DNA of 64,000 nucleotides. Origin: Spirochaetota bacterium. GTDB lineage: Bacteria; Spirochaetota; UBA12135; COTS27; CBDBHE01. Location: positions 32,001-96,000 of the forward strand of contig CBDBHE010000006.1 in assembly GCA_965205605.1 (NCBI GenBank). The letters are read 5' to 3'. Below, piece by piece: positions 20,866 through 30,742 of this stretch; within the stretch, counting starts at the first letter, position 1; each line of letters starts with the position of its first letter. Under the pieces are notes generated by a model that saw nothing but the letters and a program-made list of their open reading frames with translations, searched no databases and was not told the DNA's origin. The translations under genes and the position numbers were made by a program.

Positions 20866-20974
20866 TTTAGTTATTTCTATTAATAGAATTTAATCTATTT
20901 TATCATTTCATTAAAGACATTTAATTTTTTTTTAAAATTAAAAAAAAGAAGATTTAGAAAAATTTAATGAGTTT

Positions 20975-21697
20975 TTAAGCTTCTTTTAATAAAGAAAGCA
21001 TGTCTTTGACGGCTTTTTGCATTCCGACTAAAACCGATCGGCTAATAATCGAATGCCCAATATTAAACTCATAAATCGATTTTATTTTTTTTACAAGAGG
21101 AAGGATATTAAAATAAGTTAACCCATGCCCGGCATTAACCACTAGACCCAATTTATGAGCTAAAGCACTAGCAGTAATGAGTTTTTCTAATTGTTCATTT
21201 CGTTTTGGGCCTAAAGGAGCCTGTGCATAAGGACCGGTGTGAAGTTCGATTTGGTTGGCTTTACAAAAAGAACAAACTTGGATTTCTTCTTGGGTAGGAT
21301 CAATAAAGATAGAAACTTGGATGCCTGCTTGCTTAAGTTTTGGGATTGCTTTTTCAAGAGAGTTTTGATGGGTACTTGCTAAAAACCCACTTTCTGTTGT
21401 AATCTCTTGCCTTTTTTCTGGAACAAGACAAATAGAATCAGGTTTTAGCTCAAGAGCAAAATCAACAAGATCTTCTCTAAGAGCCATTTCAAGATTTAAC
21501 TTAGTTCTAATTTTTTTTCTAAGTTCATAAACATCTTGTTTTTTGATATGTCGTTCATCTTCTCTAAGGTGGACAGTGATGCTATGGCAACCGGCGATTT
21601 CTGCAAGAAATGCAGCTTGAATAGGGTCAGGTTCGATTGCTTTTCTAGCTTCTCTTATCGTGGCTACATGGTCAATATTAACTCCTAAATAAGCCAT
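20975..21697 (-). CDS. pdxJ: Pyridoxine 5'-phosphate synthase
   Basis: LGVNIDHVATIREAR, HLREDERHI, IELHTG, NAGHGL, NIGHSII. Confidence 0.97.
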   Translation of the reverse strand: MAYLGVNIDHVATIREARKAIEPDPIQAAFLAEIAGCHSITVHLREDERHIKKQDVYELRKKIRTKLNLEMALREDLVDFALELKPDSICLVPEKRQEITTESGFLASTHQNSLEKAIPKLKQAGIQVSIFIDPTQEEIQVCSFCKANQIELHTGPYAQAPLGPKRNEQLEKLITASALAHKLGLVVNAGHGLTYFNILPLVKKIKSIYEFNIGHSIISRSVLVGMQKAVKDMLSLLKEA

Positions 21698-22734
21698 TAA
21701 TTTTCCTTGGGTATTTCTTGATTTTCAGATTCTTTTTTTTCAATGATGTTTAAAGTAATCTCAGTAGGTTCATAGGAAAATATTTGCCAATTTCTAGGTT
21801 TGATAAGATCTACTTTGATGTTATAAGTCCCTCCTTGATTAACTTCTTTTAAATTAGCAATGGATAGAATTCGAATGTTTTTTAAAGAAAGATTTTCTTC
21901 TTCTTTTTTTTGATTGGTTGAAATCTGATACTTGATGTTAGAAACAAAAAGTGGTTCTTGGTCTAAAACTTGTAAACTTTCTTTTAAGTTAATAATTTTA
22001 ATGGGAATATTACTTGGAAAAATACTTTCTTTAGATATTGAATGAATATGTACTTTTACTTTATATTTTTTATCTTTTTGAAATTGGACTAAAGAACTAA
22101 CATTTTTATTAATAAAAATTTCAAACTCTTTAGGGGCTTCAAGATTTTTAATTGAAATAGGCTCTGTTTTAAGACTGACAATAGAGCTTAAAATTTCTTT
22201 AGGTCCTTTAATTCTTACTTTACTAGGAGAAACTTTATAATCAACAATAGAAAATCCTTTTTTAGGAGATGAGATAAACTCAGGTTCTAAATCTACATAT
22301 TTGATACTTGCAATAGAAAGCTTAATATTGATTTCAGCAGGACTAACTCTAGTGATTTTAATATTGCTTGGAATTTTTCCTTTAATAATAGGTTTATAGT
22401 AATACATTCCTTCTTTTTTTTCTTTCATTTGGATATGGGCTTTTAATAAATTGTTGTCAAATGTTTCAATACTAGCTTTTGTGCCACTTAAATAAAAATT
22501 GACACTTTTAGGAGTTTCACTAGCGATAAAAAGTCCTTTAGGATTTGAAATTTCTAAAGGCACAGAGACTGTTTTTTCAGTAATATTACTCATTTCAAAA
22601 TAAATAAAAATACCAAAAGTAACTAATAAAGAAATAATTTTTTTTCTAATGTTTTTTTTAAAAAAGTTCGTAAAATTTTTTTTTATTTTCTTTTGTTTTG
22701 TAATAGGTAAAAATTTTTTCTTAAAAAATTTCAT
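21697..22734 (-). CDS. cdaR: CdaR/YbbR-domain regulator of diadenylate cyclase
   Basis: N-terminal TM segment, repeated YbbR-like domains (VSPSKVRIKGP), directly downstream of cdaA. Confidence 0.85.
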   Translation of the reverse strand: MKFFKKKFLPITKQKKIKKNFTNFFKKNIRKKIISLLVTFGIFIYFEMSNITEKTVSVPLEISNPKGLFIASETPKSVNFYLSGTKASIETFDNNLLKAHIQMKEKKEGMYYYKPIIKGKIPSNIKITRVSPAEINIKLSIASIKYVDLEPEFISSPKKGFSIVDYKVSPSKVRIKGPKEILSSIVSLKTEPISIKNLEAPKEFEIFINKNVSSLVQFQKDKKYKVKVHIHSISKESIFPSNIPIKIINLKESLQVLDQEPLFVSNIKYQISTNQKKEEENLSLKNIRILSIANLKEVNQGGTYNIKVDLIKPRNWQIFSYEPTEITLNIIEKKESENQEIPKEN

Positions 22735-23522
22735 TCTTTTTCCCCTCGATTAAAAAAAGTATCGAGTTTTTTTTTAAGTTCATTTATGGTAATATTTAGA
22801 AAAATTTTGGAATCTTTAGCTAAAGAAATATTACCTGTTTCTTCACTTGTAATAATGATAAAAGCATCCGAAAGCTCACTCAGTCCCAAAGCAGATCGAT
22901 GCCTTGTTCCATAAGTTTTTTTGATATCGCTTGATGAAGATAAATTAGCAATAAAACAAGCCGCTGCAACAATTTCACTTTGCTTAATGACAACAGCTCC
23001 ATCATGAAGAGGAGATTTTTTTTGAAAAATCGCAATTAATAAGTTTTTATTTAAATTAGCATTTAGCAAACTACCTGTGTCAATAATATTTTGAAGAGAA
23101 TCATTGCCTTTAATAATCATCAAAGACCCTATTTTTTTTTTAGAAAAATAAGACGTCACTTCTAAAATTTTACTTAGCTGTCCTTCTTGTTTTTTTAAAA
23201 TTTTTCGAATGAAAAAAGTCTTTTTACCAATCGTATATAAACTTTTTCTAATTTCAGAAGGAAATAAAATAACAAAAGAAATAAGCATCGGAGAAACTAC
23301 TTTTTCTAAAATAGCTTTTAATGTATCTAGTTCGAAATAGGCTGCTAAAATCGTTGCTAATAAAATAAGACCAAATCCTTGTAAAACAGGAAACACCCTT
23401 GTTTTAGAAACTGATTTATAGATATAGTAAATAATTAAATAAACAATCAGAATATCAACAACGTCAATAAAACTAAAGTCTTCAAAGAAAAAAGGAAATT
23501 TCGTTTGATAAGTCACCATCAT
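22731..23522 (-). CDS. cdaA: Diadenylate cyclase CdaA
   Basis: Three N-terminal TM segments; SPLHDGA, GTRHRSALG and SEETG motifs. Confidence 0.95.
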   Translation of the reverse strand: MMVTYQTKFPFFFEDFSFIDVVDILIVYLIIYYIYKSVSKTRVFPVLQGFGLILLATILAAYFELDTLKAILEKVVSPMLISFVILFPSEIRKSLYTIGKKTFFIRKILKKQEGQLSKILEVTSYFSKKKIGSLMIIKGNDSLQNIIDTGSLLNANLNKNLLIAIFQKKSPLHDGAVVIKQSEIVAAACFIANLSSSSDIKKTYGTRHRSALGLSELSDAFIIITSEETGNISLAKDSKIFLNITINELKKKLDTFFNRGEKE

Positions 23523-24376
23523 TAATTTGCTATCGCCCCTTGATACCCTTTAATACTATCTCTTATTTCTTCACTATGATGGACTCTTATGATATCACAC
23601 CCATTATTAATAGCGGCTAAATGAAATCCAATATTACCAAAAAGACAGTCTTGGATTTTTTTTTGAGTCAGCTCTTGGATTACTTTTTTCATCGAAGCCC
23701 CTATTAAGACAGGAAAGCCTAAAGATTTTAATTTTTTTATTTGTTTGACTAAAATGATATTATGCTCTTTAGTTTTTCCAAAACCGATTCCAGGATCAAT
23801 AATAATTTGTTCTCTTCTTGCTCCTAATTTTTTTATTAATTTTACTTTTTCTCTTAAGTATTGCAGCACTTCTTTTAAAACATCATTATAATGAGGGTTT
23901 TTTTGCATAAGAAGGGGGATGCCTTTTTTATGCATTAAAATAATAGGTGTTTTTAATTTACAAGCCAGAGATAACATTTCATTATTCGAAGCATCTCCAG
24001 ATGAAATATCATTAATCATATCGGCCCCAGCTTCGATTGCTTTTTTGGCAACATCTACTTTAGTGGTGTCGATAGAGATCAAGATATTTTTAAGTTTTTT
24101 TTTAATAAGTTTAATGATGGGAATGACTCTTTTGATTTCGACTTGTTCACTGATTCCTTTTGAAAAAGGTCGTGTTGATTCTCCGCCGATGTCCAAAATA
24201 GCCACTTGTGATTTTTGGGCTTTAGTCACTTTTTTTAGGATTTTTTTTTCGTTTAAATACTTTCCTCCATCATAAAACGAATCAGGAGTAACGTTGATAA
24301 TTTCCATAATAGCAGGAGTTTTTATAAAAAATCTTGAAGTATCTTTTAAAGTTAGAAAAAAGCCTTTTTGATTCAT
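23522..24376 (-). CDS. folP: Dihydropteroate synthase
   Basis: NVTPDSFYDGG, DIGGESTRP, IDPGIGFGK, IIRVH. Confidence 0.95.
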   Translation of the reverse strand: MNQKGFFLTLKDTSRFFIKTPAIMEIINVTPDSFYDGGKYLNEKKILKKVTKAQKSQVAILDIGGESTRPFSKGISEQVEIKRVIPIIKLIKKKLKNILISIDTTKVDVAKKAIEAGADMINDISSGDASNNEMLSLACKLKTPIILMHKKGIPLLMQKNPHYNDVLKEVLQYLREKVKLIKKLGARREQIIIDPGIGFGKTKEHNIILVKQIKKLKSLGFPVLIGASMKKVIQELTQKKIQDCLFGNIGFHLAAINNGCDIIRVHHSEEIRDSIKGYQGAIAN

Positions 24377-25536
24377 TGAAACACAATTTCTTTTTCTTGA
24401 TGAGTAATGGTTAATTTGTTTTTATTTGCTTTTTCAGTATGACCGATGATTTTGGAATCAATGTGATAGTCTTTTGCAATTGTTTGTATTTCTGTAGCAG
24501 TTTTTTCAGTTGTATAAATTTCCATTCGGTGACCACAATTAAAGGTTTTAAACATTTCTTCATGGTTAATTGTTTTAGAAAGCAATTTAAAAATAGGAGG
24601 AAAATCAAAAAGGTTGTTTTTAATATAATGGATGTTTTTTGAAAATTTAAGACATTTAGTTAATCCCCCTCCTGTACAATGAATGATGCCAAAAATATCT
24701 TTTTTAAATAGAGGTAATACTTTTTTAAATAAAGGTAAATAAGTGCGTGTTGGAGATAGTAGCGCTTTACCAATTGTTAAAGCACTACTAGGAGTCGCAT
24801 CACTTACTTGATACTTTCCACAATAAACTAAGTCTTTTGGAAGATTTTCATCATAAGTTTCAGGGTATTTTTCTCGATATATTTTTGATAAAAGCTCGTG
24901 TCTTGCTAGGGTAAGCCCATTAGAAGCAATCCCGGAGTTTTCTTCTTTTTCATAAGTTGTTTTTCCAAAAGAAGCCAGTCCTAAAATAACAAGATTGCTT
25001 TCAATATGATTAGGATTGATAAAATCTTTTTTTTTGACTTGAGTACAAGACGTAGCATCAAGAACAAGGGTTTTAACCACGTCTCCTATATCAGCTGTTT
25101 CTCCTCCTGTCAGTGATAGGGTAAAGCCTTTTTTGTTTAAAGCTTCAATAAATTCTTGCATGCCTTCTAGGAGGTTTTGAAGGATTTCTTTTGGGATACG
25201 CTCTTTATGCCTTCCTATGGTATTGGAAAAATAAATTTTGTCAAAAACACCCGAGCAAATAAGATCATCGGTGTTCATGACAATGGCATCTTGAGCTAAG
25301 GTTCTAAAAACTGAAAGGTCGCCAGTTTCTTTCCAGTATAAATAAGCTAAAGAAGATTTGCTACCTGTCCCATCGGCATGCATCATAAAAATATCTTTAT
25401 TATCATGGCTAAAAATATTTTTAAATCCGTTACAAAACGCACCTGGATAAAGACCTTTTTCTAAATTTTGAGTTGCCTCTTCGACTTCTTTTTTATCGTT
25501 TGAAACCCCTCTTTTAGCGTATGAATGAAAGTTCAC
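24373..25536 (-). CDS. purM: Phosphoribosylformylglycinamidine cyclo-ligase (AIR synthase, long Bacteroidota-type form)
   Basis: MHADGTGSKSSLAYLYWKETGD, GGETAD, SNGLTLARH, HCTGGG, FNCGHRME. Confidence 0.9.
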   Translation of the reverse strand: MNFHSYAKRGVSNDKKEVEEATQNLEKGLYPGAFCNGFKNIFSHDNKDIFMMHADGTGSKSSLAYLYWKETGDLSVFRTLAQDAIVMNTDDLICSGVFDKIYFSNTIGRHKERIPKEILQNLLEGMQEFIEALNKKGFTLSLTGGETADIGDVVKTLVLDATSCTQVKKKDFINPNHIESNLVILGLASFGKTTYEKEENSGIASNGLTLARHELLSKIYREKYPETYDENLPKDLVYCGKYQVSDATPSSALTIGKALLSPTRTYLPLFKKVLPLFKKDIFGIIHCTGGGLTKCLKFSKNIHYIKNNLFDFPPIFKLLSKTINHEEMFKTFNCGHRMEIYTTEKTATEIQTIAKDYHIDSKIIGHTEKANKNKLTITHQEKEIVFQ

Positions 25537-25547
25537 TGGAATGTTTT

Positions 25548-25556
25548 ATTATAGCA
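25548..25556 (-). promoter_or_regulatory. Extended -10 promoter of the purM-folP-cdaA-cdaR-pdxJ operon
   Basis: Perfect TGCTATAAT on the minus strand, 11 nt upstream of the purM GTG. Confidence 0.6.
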
Positions 25557-25663
25557 TTATCTCAAGTTTTGAGATGAATGCTTTGTGGTTTATTGTTGCG
25601 TTATCAAAAAAAATATTTTCATTAATATTTTTTAATATTACAATCAGTACTTTCCTTATGTTT

Positions 25664-25753
25664 GGAGTGATGTCTGAGTGGTCGAAGGAGCACGCTTGGA
25701 AAGCGTGTGTGCCTTAAGTGGTACCGAGGGTTCGAATCCCTCTCGCTCCGCCA
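25664..25753 (+). tRNA. tRNA-Ser(GGA)
   Basis: Acceptor stem GGAGTGA/TCGCTCC, anticodon arm CACGC-TTGGAAA-GCGTG, long variable arm, GGTTCGAATCC, encoded CCA. Confidence 0.97.
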
Positions 25754-25755
25754 TT

Positions 25756-25783
25756 AAACAATCTGTTTTAAACAACCTGTTTT
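25756..25783 (+). repeat. Tandem repeat, 2 x 14 bp, each unit a small palindrome
   Basis: AAACAATCTGTTTT AAACAACCTGTTTT. Confidence 0.7.
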
Positions 25784-25810
25784 ATTTTTTGATTTCAAAA
25801 ATAAAAAAAA

Positions 25811-25840
25811 ATTTGAAAAATCGCAATTTGAAAAATCGCA
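25811..25840 (+). repeat. Perfect tandem repeat, 2 x 15 bp
   Basis: ATTTGAAAAATCGCA twice. Confidence 0.8.
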
Positions 25841-25870
25841 TTTGTATGACTTTGAAGCTTGAAAGATAAA

Positions 25871-25900
25871 ATTTATGATTTTCTAAAAAAAATCATAAAT
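25871..25900. repeat. 12-bp perfect inverted repeat (operator or hairpin)
   Basis: ATTTATGATTTT-N6-AAAATCATAAAT. Confidence 0.6.
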
Positions 25901-26084
25901 CCATTAAGGTGTAAAGCATTGAAAGCTAAGAAATTTTTTTATTTTTGAAATCATATAAAATTATTTTTATTAGTATAATATTATGAAAATAAGTATTAAG
26001 ATTTCTTGCTTTCAGTTTTTAAAAAAATTATTTACTTGATAATGATTTATTTGGTTATTACAAGATAAAAATAGGAGTTAGTTT

Positions 26085-26906
26085 ATGAAAGAAAAAAAAA
26101 CAGCCTTAGTAACAGGAGCTTCATCAGGAATGGGAAAGGATTTTGTTAAAGCTTTGTTAAAAGAAGGTTATCTTGTTTATGGGGTTGCTCGTCGTGTGGA
26201 AAAGATGAAGGACATCAAAAAAGCTGGAGCGATCACCCTTAAAATGGATATTACAAAAGACCAAGAAATTAAAGAAGTAGTTTCAACAATTGAAAAAAAA
26301 CATGGGGGGTTAGATGTTTTGGTTAATAATGCGGGTTATGGTTTGTATGGGTCGGTTGAAGAGGTAACGATTAAAGAAGCTCGTTATCAGTTTGAGGTCA
26401 ATTTGTTTGGTTTAGCTCGTTTGACCCAATTATTACTTCCGGGGATGCGTCATAAAAAATCGGGAAAAATCATTAATATTTCTTCTATTGGAGCTAAGAT
26501 TTATGGCTCTTTAGGAGCTTGGTATTATGGAACGAAACATGCTTTAGAAGGGTGGTCCAATGTTCTTCGAGTTGAAGTCAAGCAATTTGGGATTCAAGTG
26601 GTGATTATTGAGCCTGGGTTGATTGCAACTGGATTTGGTGATGCTATGAAGAATTCTGTAATGAGTACCTCTGGAAAAGGCCCTTATAAACATTTAGCTG
26701 AAAAAGTGGCAAAATCTTTTGAGAGACTTGGTAAAATTGGTTCAAAACCAACCGTGATTACCAATTTGGTGATTAAAGCAGTACGGGCTAAAAATCCAAA
26801 AATACGTTATATTGGTGGAAAATTTGCTAAATCTTTTTTATTTTTACGCAGATATCTTAGCGATCGACTCTTTGATAAACTCATTTATATGTCCGATAAG
26901 AGTTAA
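26085..26906 (+). CDS. Short-chain dehydrogenase/reductase
   Basis: TGASSGMG, NNAGYG, YYGTK (YxxxK), IEPG; AGGAG ribosome-binding site. Confidence 0.93.
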   Translation: MKEKKTALVTGASSGMGKDFVKALLKEGYLVYGVARRVEKMKDIKKAGAITLKMDITKDQEIKEVVSTIEKKHGGLDVLVNNAGYGLYGSVEEVTIKEARYQFEVNLFGLARLTQLLLPGMRHKKSGKIINISSIGAKIYGSLGAWYYGTKHALEGWSNVLRVEVKQFGIQVVIIEPGLIATGFGDAMKNSVMSTSGKGPYKHLAEKVAKSFERLGKIGSKPTVITNLVIKAVRAKNPKIRYIGGKFAKSFLFLRRYLSDRLFDKLIYMSDKS

Positions 26907-26989
26907 AAATAAGGTAAAAATGCTTCTTTAGATTTCGTTTTTTATCAACGAAAGCTTGTATTTAAATTGTAAAAAATAGGAAAAAAAAA

Positions 26990-27202
26990 GTGTATCAAGC
27001 AACCCAGTTTAGAAGTTTTATTAAAACATTTTCTTGGCGTATTTTAGCGACTATGACGACAATTAGCTTAGTTTATTTTTTTACAAATGAATTAGAAGTT
27101 GCTGCAACCATAGGAGGCATTGAAATCATTGTTAAAATGATTTTGTATTATTTTCACGAAAGAGCTTGGAATAAAATTTCTTTAGGGAAAAAGACAAGTT
27201 AG
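26990..27202 (+). CDS. DUF2061 small membrane protein
   Basis: RSFIKTFSWR...YYFHERAW signature. Confidence 0.85.
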   Translation: MYQATQFRSFIKTFSWRILATMTTISLVYFFTNELEVAATIGGIEIIVKMILYYFHERAWNKISLGKKTS

Positions 27203-27217
27203 ATAAGGCTTTAAAAA

Positions 27218-28213
27218 TCAAGGCAAGGTTATTTCTAATAACTTTGCCTTTTGATGAGTTGTTTTTTCTAAAGAAAGTTTTATTTTTTGTAAACTTGCAG
27301 GAATAAGAACAACTTCTCCATAGTTTAGAGATTCTTTATCATTTTCTAAAGACAACACGCATTTGTTTTCAACGTTTATTAAAATCTTAAAAGAATCCAG
27401 GTTTTCATAGTTTCTTTCTACTGTATTTTCTATTGTGATTAAAGAAGTGTTAAAATACGGACAAGAGACGATTGGGGTTGTTGGAGTGTTTTGAGGATGA
27501 TAATCAATTTCTTTGTTTGTTGATTTTTGAAAATCAATGGCTTGTAAAGCAAGCTTTGTGTGCAGCTCTCTTTTTTTACCATTTTTGTTCACCCGATCCC
27601 AATCATAAATACGATAAGTGATATCAGAAGCTTGTTGGATTTCGGCTAGTAAAATTTTTCCTCCAATGGCGTGAACTTTTCCTGCAGGTAAGAAGAAAAC
27701 ATTTCCTTTTTTAACAGGCACTTGATTTAAAATAGAAAGCAATGTTTTTTCTTTTAAATGTTTAAGGTAAGTTTCTTTGGATATTTTTTGATTAAACCCA
27801 TAGATAATCCTAGCATTTTTTTCTGCTTGTAAAATATACCACATTTCTGTTTTACCAAAGGATTGGTGTGCTTTAAGTGCTAAGTTGTCATTTGGATGGA
27901 GTTGGATCGAAAGATCACTTTTAGCATCAATAAATTTAATTAATAAAGGAAACGTATCACCATAAACTTCATAAGCTTTTTTTCCTAGAAGACTAGATTG
28001 ATATTTTCTAATCGCCTTTTTTAAAGAAGTTCCTTTGAGAAACCCATTAGTGATCATTGAAATTTCTTTTCCAAATCCGGTGATTTCCCAAGATTCTCCA
28101 CATTGTTTTAAAGAAGAAGTATCTTTTTTAAGAATGGTTTTAATTTTATCTCCTCCCCATATGGTTTCTTTAAAAATGGGTTGGAATTTTAATGGATAGT
28201 TTATTAAAGTCAT
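27218..28213 (-). CDS. manA: Mannose-6-phosphate isomerase, type I
   Basis: IWGG, GESWE, FPLLIKFIDAKSDLSIQLHP, GKTEMWY, HAIG, EIQQASDITYRIYDW. Confidence 0.93.
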   Translation of the reverse strand: MTLINYPLKFQPIFKETIWGGDKIKTILKKDTSSLKQCGESWEITGFGKEISMITNGFLKGTSLKKAIRKYQSSLLGKKAYEVYGDTFPLLIKFIDAKSDLSIQLHPNDNLALKAHQSFGKTEMWYILQAEKNARIIYGFNQKISKETYLKHLKEKTLLSILNQVPVKKGNVFFLPAGKVHAIGGKILLAEIQQASDITYRIYDWDRVNKNGKKRELHTKLALQAIDFQKSTNKEIDYHPQNTPTTPIVSCPYFNTSLITIENTVERNYENLDSFKILINVENKCVLSLENDKESLNYGEVVLIPASLQKIKLSLEKTTHQKAKLLEITLP

Positions 28214-28277
28214 TGGCTTTAGTGTCTTTAAATTTATTTTATATTAAAATGATCATGTTAAGGGGGATTATTTTTTT

Positions 28278-28961
28278 ATGAATAATCTTTTTCAAGTGAT
28301 TTATCAAGAAGCTTGTCATCTTTATAAAAAAAAAAAGTATGAGCAAGCAGAAGTTGTTTTAATAAAGCTTTTTCAAAATAACCCTAAAGAAGTTTGTATC
28401 CATTATATGTTGGCAGTTGTCATGATTCGTTTAAAAAGGGATAGAAAAAGAATTTTTGGGCATTTAAAAAATATTCTTCATTTACAAGGCTCGTCTTCTT
28501 TTGTGAATCGCTCTCGTTTACTTTTGGGTTATTTATCGATTGAAGAAAATGAGTTTAATTTAGCTAAAGATTATTTAAATCCATTGAAAGATCATGTTTC
28601 TAAAAAAAAAAATCCTTATTCGTTTTTGGCTTATATTGCTTACAAGGAAAATGAATATAAGCAAGCAAAAACGTATTATGAAAAATCGTTACAAATTGAT
28701 ACTGATAATCCCAATACTTTGAATGCACTGGGGTATTTGTATCTGGAAATGGGTCAAGAAAATAAAGCAGAAGAATATCTTTTAAAAGCTTTAAAAAAAA
28801 ATGAGAGTCATTATGCTTATCTTGATAGTGTAGGGTGGTTTTACTTTCTTAAAAAACAATTTTCTAAAGCGATTCATTATTTAACAAAGTCATTTGAAAC
28901 TAAACCCCTTGAAATCACTAAAAAGCATTTAGAAATAGCCAAAAAAGCGAGTTTTAAATGA
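28278..28961 (+). CDS. TPR protein
   Basis: TPR motifs NPNTLNALGYLY and YLDSVGWFYF. Confidence 0.85.
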   Translation: MNNLFQVIYQEACHLYKKKKYEQAEVVLIKLFQNNPKEVCIHYMLAVVMIRLKRDRKRIFGHLKNILHLQGSSSFVNRSRLLLGYLSIEENEFNLAKDYLNPLKDHVSKKKNPYSFLAYIAYKENEYKQAKTYYEKSLQIDTDNPNTLNALGYLYLEMGQENKAEEYLLKALKKNESHYAYLDSVGWFYFLKKQFSKAIHYLTKSFETKPLEITKKHLEIAKKASFK

Positions 28962-29626
28962 GAGGGTGGTTACTTTGTTTTTTTTTGGGAGGGTTTGTTT
29001 TTTCTTGTTTGAGAAATGAACAGAAAATTTATCAAGAAGCGGTGAATTTTTTGCTTAAAGAAGATATCAAATCTTTAAATCAGGCGGTTAAAAAATATGA
29101 TGAAACGATTCGATATACCTTACTAGCTTTAGATGGGAAATATAAGGCTTACAAAGTTTTAGGGATGAAACTTTTAGAGCATAAAATGTATTTAGAAGCG
29201 TCTAAAGCCTTTAATTTAGCGAGAAAAATTGATCCCACGGGTCCTAATATTCATTATTATTTAGGGCTTTGTTATGCTAATTATGCAGAAGTCATTTTTG
29301 ATGAACGAAGAAAATATATTGACTTGGCTGAAAAAGCCTATCAAGCTGGACTGAAACAAGATAAAAATAATGCCATTATTTATTATGCTCTTGGGGTGTT
29401 GACTGGGTTTCTTAAAAAAGATCTTGATGAAGGGATTAGGTTGCTTGAAATTGCAAAAACAAAAGAACCGAATGATTTGAGTATTTTATTTGCGTGTGCT
29501 AATCTATATTATCAAAAAGGATTTAAAGAAATTGCTAGGGGTTATTATCAAAAAATTATGCAAATAGCCCCTAAAAAATCAGAAAAGTGGCAAAAAGCAA
29601 AATCTAATTTGGAGGATCTTTTTTAA
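28958..29626 (+). CDS. TPR lipoprotein
   Basis: Spirochaete-type lipobox (FVFSC) and TPR repeats (HYYLGLCYAN). Confidence 0.8.
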   Translation: MRGWLLCFFLGGFVFSCLRNEQKIYQEAVNFLLKEDIKSLNQAVKKYDETIRYTLLALDGKYKAYKVLGMKLLEHKMYLEASKAFNLARKIDPTGPNIHYYLGLCYANYAEVIFDERRKYIDLAEKAYQAGLKQDKNNAIIYYALGVLTGFLKKDLDEGIRLLEIAKTKEPNDLSILFACANLYYQKGFKEIARGYYQKIMQIAPKKSEKWQKAKSNLEDLF

Positions 29627-29632
29627 AAAACA

Positions 29633-30739
29633 ATGATTTCTTCTTATGATCCTGTAAAAACAATTAGTTTAACGTGTTCTAAGACGTTGAAAGGTAAAGC
29701 GCTTAATTTATTGGCAAAACAATTGGGGGGATATGATCGAGTTTTGTCTTTAAGTGATCAAGAAATTACAAAATGGTTAAAAGAATTTAAAAAAGATTTT
29801 GAAGGCAAAGAGGTTCTTTATGAAAAAGGTAAGGTTATTTTCAAACAATGTAAGGAGCAGGGAATTAAGATTCTTTTTATAGAAGACTCATTGTATCCTA
29901 GTCGTCTTAAACAAATTTATAATCCGCCTTTAGTGCTTTATTATAAAGGAGCGTTTTCTACAAAGCTTTTGTGTTTAGAGCAAAAGACGGTTTCAGTTGT
30001 AGGGACTCGAAAACCTCATAAAGATACTTTGAAAAAAACAAAAGAGTGGTGTTTTCATTTATCAAAGTTAGGCTTTCATATTATTTCAGGGATGGCTTTA
30101 GGGATTGATGCGTTTTCTCACTTGGGAGCTTTAGAAGGGGTTAATGGGGGGACTACAGCTGTTTTAGGTAGTGGAGTTGATTTTGTTTACCCTTATGGTA
30201 ATCTTCCTTTATATCGTCAAATTTTAGACAAAGGCGGAACCATTCTTTCTGAATATCCTCCAAAAACAAAGCCTAAAAGATATTATTTTCCTTTTAGAAA
30301 TCGTATTATTAGTGGGCTTTCGGATGTGCTTATTATGATGCAAGCGGGGGCTAAAAGCGGGGCTTTAATTACAGCGAGGTATTCTTTAGAAAATAATAGA
30401 GATATTCTTGTTTACAAAGGGGAGTTTAATTCGTCATTATTTGAGGGAAATCAAAATTTAATTAAAGAAGGGGCTAAATCGATTTATTCTTTAGGAGATT
30501 TATTACGATACTTTAATTGTGATGAGGTTCTTTCTTTTGAAGCAGTAGAAATGACTGATGTTGAAAAAAAAATCATGGCAACCCTTTGTGGTAAAAAATC
30601 TAAAGATTTAACAACCCTTTCAAAAACACTGATGATAAAATCAGAAGACCTTGTGGGACATTTATTACATTTGATTTTAAAAGGAATGGTTGAAGAGCTT
30701 CCTGGTAAAAGATATTTTAAAAAAAATCCTTATCATTAA
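29633..30739 (+). CDS. dprA: DNA-processing protein DprA/Smf
   Basis: YPSRLKQIYNPP, VVGTRK, ISGMALGID, FPFRNRIISGLS, KSGALITA. Confidence 0.96.
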   Translation: MISSYDPVKTISLTCSKTLKGKALNLLAKQLGGYDRVLSLSDQEITKWLKEFKKDFEGKEVLYEKGKVIFKQCKEQGIKILFIEDSLYPSRLKQIYNPPLVLYYKGAFSTKLLCLEQKTVSVVGTRKPHKDTLKKTKEWCFHLSKLGFHIISGMALGIDAFSHLGALEGVNGGTTAVLGSGVDFVYPYGNLPLYRQILDKGGTILSEYPPKTKPKRYYFPFRNRIISGLSDVLIMMQAGAKSGALITARYSLENNRDILVYKGEFNSSLFEGNQNLIKEGAKSIYSLGDLLRYFNCDEVLSFEAVEMTDVEKKIMATLCGKKSKDLTTLSKTLMIKSEDLVGHLLHLILKGMVEELPGKRYFKKNPYH

Positions 30740-30742
30740 TTA

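Noticed and set aside
20875-20888. Perfect palindrome TTCTATTAATAGAA upstream of ffs
   Set aside because: It is almost all A/T, single copy and plausible by chance; no regulator can be assigned.
25678-25869. 63-aa ORF MVEGARLESV...
   Set aside because: It overlaps tRNA-Ser and the downstream repeats; a typical spurious tRNA shadow ORF.
25756-25900. CRISPR array or MITE
   Set aside because: Repeat units are 14-15 bp, occur only twice and have no spacers; there are no cas genes, terminal inverted repeats or target-site duplication.
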